A stretch of 63,910 nt of DNA, the filler included, from Lenisia limosa (taxonomy: Eukaryota > Protista > Breviatea): NCBI GenBank assembly GCA_001655205.1. It is 7 parts of 7 records of this genome, joined end to end, with 100 filler letters (N's around TTAATTAATTAA, not from the genome) between each part and the next. Parts side by side here need not be neighbours in the genome. Positions count along the whole stretch, not along the records: positions 23,159 to 43,501 come from LPNZ01006601.1; positions 43,602 to 47,579 come from LPNZ01011253.1; positions 47,680 to 57,421 come from LPNZ01010328.1; 4 more parts are not named here. One strand, 5' to 3'. How positions within the stretch are numbered: position 1 is the first letter of the stretch; each line of letters opens with the position of its first letter. The notes under the pieces were generated by a model. It worked only from the letters and a program-made list of their open reading frames with translations. It did no database searches and was not told where the DNA came from. Position numbers and translations under genes: made by a program. Shown piece after piece: positions 40,720-52,200 of the stretch.

Positions 40720-43340
40720 GCCCTTTCGGCCCCTACTACATTACTTCGTATGTTAATGAGCGTGCTATTATTTGTGTTGCTATTTCTTCCAATCAGCCTC
40801 TTTGGCCAGACCCTTACCCATGACTCCACTGTGGCTTTTGAAGGTTAGCTGGTTGACTATGCGTTCTATATGTCACCTCTTTTTACCAAGCACTGAATGT
40901 CACATTGCTCTTAGCTTTGATATATCAAGCCTGATTGGACTTTTCTTACACATGCATATGATAAAACGCTGTGAGGTCCTCTTATTGCTAATACAATAAA
41001 CCATTTGTGGGGTCTGCTATTTTCATCCAAGATAAGCCTCCAAGGTAACAAACTTAGGGACAGTGAGGGCTACAGTATTTTGCGATGAGTGCCCCCCTGC
41101 CGCTTCCCAGCCTTGTGGTCAGGTATGTGGACGAAAACACCGCTCCAAAGGCCGTTCTGAAGCCTTTGTACAAAAAAACAAAATATCCATGACCCAGTTG
41201 TCAAGGATTTGTTTCACTTCTTTTTCCTTTTTGTATAATAACACCAATCTACCAGGCCGTAGTAAACTCTTGCGGAGAGGCTTGCAGCACAACTGGTACG
41301 GGTTATAATGTCAACCAGTGTCTTTACAAAGCATCTCTCGGAGTGTGCGGTATGAGTGTAGGCAGGGGGTCAGGTGCTACCAGGTTGTCCTAATCTAATA
41401 TTTTTCATCACTAAAAAAATATATATTCTCGTAGATTGACTGGGAAATTAGTTCATAGGGGGGCTACCTTTGATAGTATTCTTCTTCCTTAGTGTAATTG
41501 CCTGATAATGCCTTTGTGTTGATATAATCATATGCATATGATATGTATTTTCTAACAGTCACTTCTCTTTCCGCACCCCTTCATCTCTGCTCTTGCTGCA
41601 GGTGAAGGACAATTGCGGTAACAGCTGCATGGATATGCCAGGTAGTGCATGTCTTACCGGCTTTTGTGTTGAAGGTGTGTGGAGGGGGGGGGGTATTTTT
41701 TAACATTTGTGACGGGTATCATTTTATGAAAGTTATTACAGGCTGAAGGTTGTGTTATTTCCACTACGTTATGATACTACTGCATCGTGTGTGTTTTTCA
41801 ATACATTCCGACTCTTGTTCAAACTAGTTTAACTTGTAAGGAAAGTGCAAAGTGCCCACAAGCTGCGGGGATTACCAGACACTCTTTGAAGATGGTATGT
41901 GGCTGTGCAGTTGCCCTTGGGGTGGTGATCTTGTTTGTTGGTGTGTTTTCGTTTTACTCATTGGAATATCAGATTATTGGGTTCGTGGTGAGTAAGCCAA
42001 TACTCTCTATTTAGATTTCTTTCATTTTTCCTCACCCTTCCCCCAGATACCTTGAGTGTCAAAGAAGTCAGTGTTGATGGAGTCATACAAGATGTTGTGT
42101 GTGACAACAGACGTAAGAGGGCTTCTTTTGCGTCTTGTGTGCTCTAATGTTATCTAATCCTTTATTTTCTGTACTCTCCTATCACTGGGGCATCACTCCA
42201 TCCGAAATAGACCTGGACAATATACTTTATCGAGGATTTATTGAAGATTCAGTATTCTATTTTTACAATTGAAGTCTTGTTTTCTCTGATTTTGCACTGT
42301 CATTTCGTTTTTCTGTTTCTACTCATTTTCAATTGCCTTCGCTTGCTAATAGCTGATATTTTTCTTTCATTTGTTTCCACTTAACCCCCCTCCCCCAGCT
42401 CTGATTCTTGGGGGCGGTTGGATGTTTGTGCGGCGCTTGAAGCCCTACGCAACTGCCTTTTTCCCTTGTACTGACAACACTGTTGGTATGCTGATTCATT
42501 CTGTTTTTTTGAACCGCAAATGTTTGCGAAGTGACACTATCAAATGTCTTGGCTTCTTTCTTTACACCCCACCTTCTTAGGCTCAGCTTCTTTCGGGACA
42601 TACGTTGCGGATCACCTGGCTGACGCAACCTTTTCAATGAAGTGTGTTCTTGGGATATTTAGTTTAAATTATATTGACATCAAATTCGTGGGTTAATTCA
42701 TTTGATTATTTCATTTGCGTACGTTATTTAAGAAACCAACAGGAAGCCAATTCCCTTCACGCACCTCAGGTACGACAACATCCCCCATACCCAGCGGCTC
42801 TTTGCTTACGGCACATTCAGCGGGTGGACTGTTATGGACAATGATATGATTGCTGTGGGGGGGGGGGGTGAAAGAAACTATAGACGGGAAACTAGATNNN
42901 NNNNNNNNNNNNNNNNNNNNNNNNNNNNNNNNNNNNNNNNNNNNNNNNNNNNNNNNNNNNNNNNNNNNNNNNNNNNNNNNNNNNNCCTTTTAGACACAAA
43001 CGGTCTGTAACGTTGACCGCATGGTTGTTGCTACTAGTCTCAACCAAAGCCCCCATAACCTTGCCATGTGCAATAGGGCAACTGGTAAGTGGGATGCGCT
43101 TTATATCATACTATATCGTTTATTATATAGCAGTGAGAAATAAAATAAGGTAGTATCTGGCCGAAGCCGTCTACACCATCACGCGTATTACATGTATACC
43201 ATAATACTGGGTTGGCAGTAGTGTTATTGTATATTATGCTTTTTTTTTTGCTAGGTGCAATTGTGCAATATAGTACAACAAGTCTTTGAGCGTTATGACT
43301 TGGGCTTCCCTGCGGTCCGAAAAAGAACAGTACTATTTAG
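40720..43340 (+). CDS. Cys-rich protein with a C-terminal fibrinogen-related-like (VxCD...GGGW) domain; ends uncertain
   Basis: Exons: FCDECPPAASQPCGQ, NSCGEACSTTG...QCLYKASLGVC, DNCGNSCMDMPGSACLTGFCVE, VIQDVVCDNR, LILGGGWMFVRRLKPYATAFFPCTDN, SASFGTY...DATFSMK, RLFAYGTFSGWTVM. Confidence 0.6.
43127..43184 (+). repeat. Intronic repeat family B, copy 1
   Basis: tagcagtgagaaataaaataaggtagtatctggccgaagccgtctacaccatcacgc; matches 47699 and 63592. Confidence 0.75.
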
Positions 43341-43501
43341 AATAGCTATCGAAAATTTCACTCTTTTTTGGGACCAGAGGGAAGCCATATTGTGGTATTG
43401 ATAATGTATCATATTATTTATTGGCCTTTACTTGGTTTTATAATAAAACTGGAAGTATATTCCATCCTATCAGGAATTACCTCTGAGAAGCGAAGTCCAT
43501 A

Positions 43502-43601
43502 NNNNNNNNNNNNNNNNNNNNNNNNNNNNNNNNNNNNNNNNNNNNTTAATTAATTAANNNNNNNNNNNNNNNNNNNNNNNNNNNNNNNNNNNNNNNNNNN
43601 N
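43502..43601. other. Artificial contig-joining spacer
   Basis: 44N-TTAATTAATTAA-44N. Confidence 0.95.
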
Positions 43602-44539
43602 TTCTTTGCTGGTATGTTGGGCTATATTTGTCAAGCCTCTTTCAGGTCACAAAATAGATTGGTCATACATATGACTTATCGAGATATCACAGGCATTTCA
43701 TAGACTGTCAAAAACCCATAACAGCGCTTGTAAAGCCATAGCATTGATTGGTCCTCATCCTTTCATGGGCATATCATCGACTTATCATAACACATGTATA
43801 TATGCTCAGGGTNNNNNNNNNNNNNNNNNNNNNNNNNNNNNNNNNNNNNNNNNNNNNNNNNNNNNNNNNNNNNNNNNNNNNNNNNNNNNNNNNNNNNNNN
43901 NNNNNNNNNNTTTTAAATAAGCTGTAATAATAGTAGCAATAATTCCATTTTTTTTTTTTCTCATTTTTTGGAGATCTTCACAAGATCATGTTAGTGATCT
44001 TGCGAAAAAATTGAGTTTTGGGACCTTCTGATTGTTGTTTTTGGATGATAAAGACTTCCAAAAGGAGGAAAAAGGGGGGAGAATACATCGAAAGGCAATT
44101 TTTTTATTTTGAGCAGTTTGCGCGCCACGCTAGTGCGCGCATCCCTAGTCCTAGAAAATTTGATAACATTTTTTTCTCTTTTTTGTTGTGAGGCATAATA
44201 GATTAGTTTAGAGAACAAAGATAAGATATTAGTATAGTTTTGCTTCGTGAAAAACCCTTTGAACTGCCAGTATCAAGAAACCGTTGGAAACCCTNNNNNN
44301 NNNNNNNNNNNNNNNNNNNNNNNTGTTTACGATGGTTCGCGGGCGAAAGTGGGCTAAAAGTGCTTTCTCCCCTACCTTCGATGAGCTTCCTGGCGGACAG
44401 GAGAAGCTGTTCTGTCAATAAGAGAGAAAAATATTTATCTCAAAAAAGCTGTTGAAACCTATTCCAATTTTGACAATCAAAAAGATCGTCCCCACTCTCA
44501 TCCTTCCTCCACCTTGATTGTGAGTGGTTTCTCAGTGAA

Positions 44540-47500
44540 GATTCCAAGATCTACTTTTATCGGTTCTCTCGCCCGATTTGTCCACCATCGCTATGTGAGA
44601 GAGTCTCAAGACGACTTTGTGTTCTTCGGACAAAAGCCTGGAAGAAAGCCCATTGGGAGTGAAGCCAAACTCGAAGCTATTGAGACATGCAGACTCCAGT
44701 CGGTATGAGGGTGAAATAATACCCCCTTTGTTTGTCATATTTGCTTGGTTTAGCTTATTTTTATAACTACATGTATATTATTCTGCTGATTCAGTTTTAC
44801 TTTCAAGATGAGATTGAAGATTCCAATTGAAACTGTCATCAGAAAGCTGAAAGAGAACGATGCTATGGGAAGAGGATCCAAAACACTGGCCAAGAGCATT
44901 TGGAGAAGCGCGTTCCTTCTGATCTTGACCAACAACGTCAAGAGAAGACTCAAGTGAGAAAGTGGTTTTAGAATTATTATATTATTAGATGGTATTCTTC
45001 CTTCAGTTTCGACTTCCCTTGTCTCATATGATTTATCAAATAGCCCCCCCCCCCATCTATCAAAGAACTGAATAATTTCCTTTTTAGCCCGAAAGTACCC
45101 TTACAATGTCTCGACTTTGGAATGCTGGTATGCGAATTGCAAAGAAGATCAAGTTACGTCATCAAAGCTCACTACAAATGAATCCAAGAAGAAGGCTGCA
45201 ATAAGGGCGTATGGAGTTGCTGTCGCTACAGAAGAGCTGGTGACAATCAAGGTTGCTGCTCTGAGGCATCATCTTGATTCAGACTTTGAACTCGGTAGGT
45301 TTTGTACTGTGGATGCTACTCTATTCATGCTTTTGTTAAGTGATATTTTCACTTTTTCAAGGATTAATATTTATTAGCGGTTGAAACTTATAAGTCCACT
45401 CTTTCTGAAGAACTTAAGTGTTACATGAACGATGCAAAGAAGTCCCTCCCACTTACATTCAAGACCCTCGAAGCCAAAACTGCCAAGGTTTGATGAGAGA
45501 ACTACTCCCGAAAATGATGTCTCCAAGTTTTTGTTTCTTTCTTTTTTTCATTTTTTCTCACACTGTAGCATCTCGAATCCCCTACCTCTAAAGAGAAGCC
45601 CACCCTACAATTGATGGATGAGTGGGTCACCCTTCTTGAAGACTCAACACTCACTATTGAAATCGAGAATCAACGTCTTCTATTTTATGACGAGAATGCC
45701 TGGATGGAGGAGTCTTCAAGGATATGAAAGATGATCCCATGGCGTCTGCGGTGACAATAACATCTTTGTCTGGGGAGATCGTTTCATCTGGAATTGTTAT
45801 TGGTTACCCATCCTTCGCAACTGCAGGCTCAACACGAAAAGCCAAGGCTGCCCCCCCCTATTGAACCATATCTCCCCAAGCTGTTATCTGCTGACACACC
45901 TGAGTCAAGGAAAATACTTAAGTGGCTCCAAGAAAACAATCCCCTGGAATTACCCGTGCTTTCTCCCCAAAGCCCGAGTCAATTTTGGCAGCCCAGGACT
46001 GGAGTATGGAGGCAATTGGAGTGAATAGCTCTGCGTACTTCTCCACTGAAGCCTTTCTTCGCTGTGTCGAAGCTGTCAGCCGCATCAAGAGGTCATCACC
46101 AGAAGATCTTCTTGTCATGATCGGAGATGGAGCACGGATACATGCCACAATCGAAGTATGCTATTTTTTATATTATTTATTCGATTGCTGTCTGGAATCT
46201 CTCTCACAGTACTAGGTGTGCGCTGCAATCTTCTTACTGTACGGAATTGTTTACATTATTGAGCCATCTTTTACCAGCCACTTCTTTCAGGTTTGGTAAA
46301 TGTGGCATTGATCATAGTAATTTTTTTTTATAGTGTTTAATATTTACTATGGTAGAATAAGTATGTGCTCTGCTGAAATCTGGACATTATCTCGAGTGAG
46401 TTAGCAATAACAATCCAGGTGGCAGATTCCCACTACCATGCCAAATTCAACCATCAAGTGTATTCACAAATTGCGGAGTGGAAGTCAAGTAAAGCAGGAA
46501 GGTGAGTGTTTTGACAAAACTTTTAGTTTATGTTACTGCTATTGTTCTTTTTGTGAATAATTTAGATTATTCTAACTAATCAGGTCAATCAAAGAGGAGG
46601 AAGTGTTCCGACTAATTGCTAAGGCAATGAGCAGTCCCAGCACGTCCGTTATTCGGTATGGGTCTTTCATTTTATACCACTTTATTCCTGTGTTTCAACT
46701 TCTCAATATCTTCATGCACTCTTCACCTATACCAACACTCATGCACCCTTCAATGCTCCCAATCTCTATCCCCGCACCTCAGCCTATCCTCGAATGACCT
46801 GCAAGCCAACTGCTCTGGAGAAGGCCAAGGCCATGACCGAAATTAACACCGCCACCCCAGAAGGACGACTTGAGTTTGAACAAGCGCTTGCAAGTCAGGC
46901 GGCAGCTTTGGTTGAAGAGGATGCTCCGTCTCCCGAATTTGTCAAGGGAGCAGCTGCAATGATGGCTGCCGCATCTGTGAGGTTTCCCAGCATCACGTCT
47001 GTCTTTCAAGAGCTGAGTCACATTAAAAACAAGAAGAACTGTTAATTGACACTAATTAATTTGTAGGTTGTTTGTAAGGAGAGCGATGTCAAGGTTACTG
47101 CTGTGAGGAAGGTCAACAGTGACACATCCCAAGGCGCCNNNNNNNNNNCCAGGCGGCATTGGTTGAAGAGGATGCTCCTTCTCCCGAATTTGTCAAGGGA
47201 GCAGCTGCAATGATGGCTGCCGCATCTGTAAGGTTTCCCCGCATCACGTCTGTCTTTCAAGAGCTGAGTATGCTCATTTGACGCTAATTGCGAAGAAATG
47301 GCTTCTGCAATTGTTCGTGCGACCCAAATTTCAACTTCACGAGGTGCTATTGTTGAGAACGTTACCAAGCCCCTTTCCTTCCTTCATGTTCCTCCAGGAC
47401 ACCGTGTAGCGATCCTTGCCAAAGGAGAGGTATGTTTGCTTCTTGCTTTATGCAAGAAGAACTGTTAATTGACACTAATAAATTTGTAGGTTGTTTGTAA

Positions 47501-47560
47501 GGAGAGCGATGTCAAGGTTACTGCAGTGAGGAAGGTCAACTGTGACACATCCCAAGGCGC
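44540..47560 (+). mobile_element. Intron-containing pogo/Tigger-type (DDE_1) transposase or transposase-derived gene, with an apparent frameshift; no TIRs visible
   Basis: D1 RLLFYDENA (codon 45689), VTITSLSGEIVSSGIVI, AYFSTEAFLRC, D2 LLVMIGDGARIH (46126), IVYIIEPSFTSHFFQ, D3 QVAD (46425). D2-D3 spacing is 36 aa after splicing; the exons are bounded by GT-AG introns. Confidence 0.65.
46895..47560 (+). repeat. Near-identical direct duplication across a 10-N gap (46895-47138 vs 47149-47560)
   Basis: Both copies carry caggcggc...gaagaggatgctcc...gagctgagt and caagaagaactgttaattgacacta...cccaaggcgcc. The first copy lacks ~190 bp present in the second. Confidence 0.85.
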
Positions 47561-47579
47561 CATTCTTGGTCACCACACA

Positions 47580-47679
47580 NNNNNNNNNNNNNNNNNNNNN
47601 NNNNNNNNNNNNNNNNNNNNNNNTTAATTAATTAANNNNNNNNNNNNNNNNNNNNNNNNNNNNNNNNNNNNNNNNNNNN
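47580..47679. other. Artificial contig-joining spacer
   Basis: 44N-TTAATTAATTAA-44N. Confidence 0.95.
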
Positions 47680-47698
47680 ATAAGCACATAAAAGTAGA

Positions 47699-47751
47699 AG
47701 TGAGAAATAAAAACAGGTTGTAACTGGCCGAAGCCGGCCACACCATCACGC
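47699..47751 (+). repeat. Intronic repeat family B, copy 2
   Basis: agtgagaaataaaaacaggttgtaactggccgaagccggccacaccatcacgc. Confidence 0.75.
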
Positions 47752-49208
47752 TTGTAAGATATTCACCAATCATTTGCCGCACAGTACAAGGTGACTCACC
47801 TCTGCACGTGTCTTTTCATTGCGGTGAAGAGAACCAAGGGGTGGACATTGCTGTCGTTGAGAAGCTTACAAAGGGACTGATCGTGTTATGATCAAGAGAT
47901 GTGAAAGAAAACAAAGTTTGAGCTGGCGCCTCCCACACTTCATGAGATTTTGGATAATAGTATGATAGTAATATTAATTTACTATGCATTATATACTATA
48001 TATATTATATACTATATATCATATGTACTATATGGTCATATTCACGGGGTCCAAAGGTCTGGGCCTATTTATCTTGAATTGTATCACATCATATCAAAAT
48101 AAAAATTTCCATGAGTTTGGGCAAGTCAATATTATTATATGTTTAAAATATGGACTAACACTAAAACAGCATTACAAACTTACATTTTTCTCGATATGAA
48201 AGATGTCCGTGATGATTTTGAACCATAGTGTACCATCTAAAGGAAATAAAAGGAGAACCGCGAAACAAAAAAGTTGCGTGTGATCATCATCACGGCATTC
48301 CGTTAATAAATGGTTAGATTAAATATCATACAAACTTATAATATCATGGTTTATGGTGAAATTTGGTCTTTCTGGGTTCAAAAAGACGCTCAAACCAACC
48401 CACCTGTGGCAGCAGTGTAGTTTGCTGTCAGTAAAGCGGGGAATCTCTCAACTACCTATCAAGTATTAATAGGAATCTACCCACTTGTCAAAATTGCATC
48501 TTGCAACTCCAAGATAATTGTTGTTTTCAAAACAAAAGAAAGAAACCCACGAAGCACTCCCATCTCATCAATCTTACTACCATAATCAATGTGGGGCTAA
48601 GGGCCACCAAATGGACACCTTGTACATGTGTAAGTGCTCTAATTCTCGCACCAAAGCAAAGAGGAAATATTTACACGACAAATTGTAAGAAACCTAGTCA
48701 AAAAAACCCCTCCAACCGTTTCGCTTGGCAGACTTTTGAGGAGAAGCTGCACCACACACAAAGGAAGAACGTGCAAAGGAGTGTTCTTCTCCATTGTTCC
48801 TCCGGCGGAATATATTCTAGTCAATTAAAGAGACCAAAATCCGGCTAAGAAGGAACGTCTCTTCTCATCTGTCATGAATGGCTTGGATTTTATATAGGAG
48901 TAAGATAGTGAGTTTCTTATTTCACTCTCTCCTGTAGTCAAATGGTCCAGTCATATCATTTATTTATTTATATTCGTCAATCCTGAGTCAATCATCAATA
49001 GAGTGACCACAGAACATTTTGCAAATAAATGCGAATATTCCTGGGGAGGATAAATATTGTTTGTGAACAAAAGTTGAGATTTGGCGCAAACAATCATCCA
49101 AAACAATTATTTATTATATTAAAGGAAGGAGAGAGGGGAAAATTTGGTTTAGCAGCAGCTTAAGCATTTTTCAAGAGAGATAAGCTTCTTCTGGCCCCTC
49201 CTACCACC

Positions 49209-52200
49209 ATGTCAGGGGCCCCAGAGGCTCACGATGTTTTGTCGTTCTTTGAATCATCGCCTATGGCGTCAAGAAGTCAAAAGGAAGAGCTGACCTATGA
49301 ATATGACCAGATGTCCGCAACAAATTCCACCGGCCAAGTCCCAAAGTCCTTTGAAACAGAGTCTATCATTGAAACTATCGCTTTCCAGAAGGGTCAAGTT
49401 CTTTCAACCGTAGGCTGGAGTCATTGTTTCGTCTCCTCTCACCAAGCTTCTTGTCATCGCTACTTCTTTATATAATTCTGTGTCATTTGGTCATATCTCT
49501 TTTTCAAGGGCCCTCAATTTAGCTCCATTCTACTTCAATCCTTTACATTGGTCGGGCATTTTCTTGAGCCATTACTGTCCAGGTGGTGATGCTTTCCTAC
49601 GTCATCCTGGTGCTAGCCCTCATCACGGTCGAGGAGAACTCATCAACTCTCATGATCCTGGTGTTCTTGGTTCTCTACACAGTATGCTTATTTTCTCGTT
49701 CTTGTCTTGTTGTCCAGCTCAAGCTGTTTGTTTGGGGCGTATTTGAATAGGGTTGAGTGGAAGTGATTTGGGAGCCTTCGCTCTTTCTTTGAAAGCAGGC
49801 AAATTCCTTGCCCCCAAAATTTTGTTTTCTGTCATCGTGTCACATTTTCGCACAACTTCCTACCCGATTCCGATGGCTAGGGCTTGAGGGGGGGGGGGTG
49901 CTCAGTCTGCTGCTGTGGTTGTGGCAGCACCGATGTCATGATGTCTGACTTAGCATGTTATTTCAACCGTCTAATCAATGTTATAATTAGTTCAATTTTT
50001 ATGAAAGAAAGTTTGATTGAATTTGGAAGTCACCCAGTTGAACAATGATTTTTGATTGATGTGATGACCGTCATTACCCGCCCCCCCTGACGCTGACAGT
50101 TGCTCCATCGCATCTTGACTGGAACTCTTTTCCCTACTCTCTCGTCCAGCGCTAACATGGTGGGTTGCAATGCGAAATCCCAATTTGCTGTTCTTCACGG
50201 TGGTTCAAAAGCGACTCATTGACCCCTTCTTTTGTCCCTTCACCTTCCAGATTGTTTCCATGATTCTTTGGACAGTGCATATCACACTTTTTCTGATGGC
50301 GGCATCGTAGGGGGTTGTCTTTGTCTTTGATGATCACATGGTCTATTTGGCGTGTTATTGCAAGACATACCCAACTTGACTCTCATATAGGACATACATA
50401 TCATATCGTAGGTCAAAAACAAGAAACAGTCATTCCAAGCCTGGATTGGCACTTTTTGTAGCACTTTATTTTCTTTAGACTGTCGACCGTTTTGAGTCTG
50501 CGGTCCGTCTTCGTGCCCACAGCCGTTGTCGTCCACACTCTCATCCTCACAAATGTCTATTACACAACGACTATTTCCTGCATCTTCATTTCCTTGGTGT
50601 CGTACGGGGGCAAAGGATGCATACCTTCCGTTTTACTGATTGCTTTCTCTCTTACTAACATTTTAGAGCGACCTTCTTGCTGATTAACTTGTACTTCCCT
50701 TCAAATGAAACAGAAAGAGGTGCGAGATGAGCTAATTTGTGGAAGATAGTGATTGATCAGAAGAAAGATAGTTCAACTGGTTATCCCTGTAGCGCCATAA
50801 TTAGACAACCTTGTTGTTTTTAGTTACCTTTCCAGACAACACATTGGCTTCGCTATTTCTCTTTTTGGGAGGAACTGTGTTCACTATCTTCTCCATTCAG
50901 AAGCGCAAAGTTTGCCTTGGGCTGAGTTTGATTCATTTCCAATAGCGCTCTTATTTTATTAATAAAAATAGACTGCCGAAACCGAGGAAATTGAGTCGCT
51001 GCAGAACATTCAACAGTGTGATCTCGAACGCTCCAAGGCCAACCAAATAACAGCCCATCTGCTGCCTCGACACGCTGTCAGACAACTGAGGTTTGTCGGG
51101 GGGTATCAGGCTGGGTTCCCAGGCCTAATGAGTAATCATGTTTGCCCCTTTTCACCAGTTTATAATATTTGGGATTAGAGCCCTAATCCACTTACTTACA
51201 AAAAGACTGAATACAATCAAAAGCAGAGATATGGAGAACTACTAGTCTCTTACCAAAGGACTGTATTAACTAATAATTATCACATACACTCGACCTGATT
51301 CACGCTCCAGGTCTAACGGCAAGGTGCGATCAGAGTTCTTCCCGGCAACCACTGTTGGCTTTTTTGGAGTTGAGAACTACTCAGCATTGGCACGGTCCTG
51401 CACCACGGCCGAATTTGTCGGTATGCCAGACTTGGGGGCTAGGCTTTCTTTTGGTTATGAGTTTTACGAAATATCATCTCATGTGGTTATTTTCTGGTGT
51501 ACNNNNNNNNNNNNNNNNNNNNNNNNNNNNNNNNNNNNNNNNNNNNNNNNNNNNNNNNNNNNNNNNNNNNNNNNNNNNNNNNNNNNNNNNNNNNNNNNNT
51601 GTATTACCTTATCGCCTTACAAACTCAAAAGTATGTTATTCTTACCCCTCCACAGCCGCACTGAACTCCACTTTTCAAAATATCGATGAGATCATCCTGC
51701 AACATGGAGTGTACAAGGTATGGGGACTTCTGGATCAGAATGACCTTCTCTGAACCATTATCTATAATATCTCCATGATCGACCATGTACAACAACATCC
51801 CTTTCTGTATTGATATGAATACTTGATGGTTCCTCATATAATCAAGCCCTTTCCAGACAGCATTTGGAGAGCTCTTCTATTCAGAATGGAGAACCATTTT
51901 TCATAGTTGCAGGTTGAGAATGTTCGAGAAGTTCTGGTGGCGGTAGCGGGCTGCCCTGTGCCGCGGCCGGACCACGCGATTGTCATGACATCGGTGGCCG
52001 TCAAGGTCCAGTCCTGGGCCAAGGACAGGGTGCTGGAGGCAAATGGGTGGGTAAGGGCAATCGTATCTCAAGCTCTCTGAAAGTATTGATAAACATTACT
52101 GAGATATAATGATATTCTCAATGTGTAAACGAAATAATCGACAAGTCTAACATGGTTGACACTGAATCCCGTATTTTCATGGATCTCCCCCTTCCATTCT

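Noticed and set aside
47780-47895. Ankyrin-repeat exon (SPLHVSF)
   Set aside because: A single short motif at a contig start; insufficient to call.
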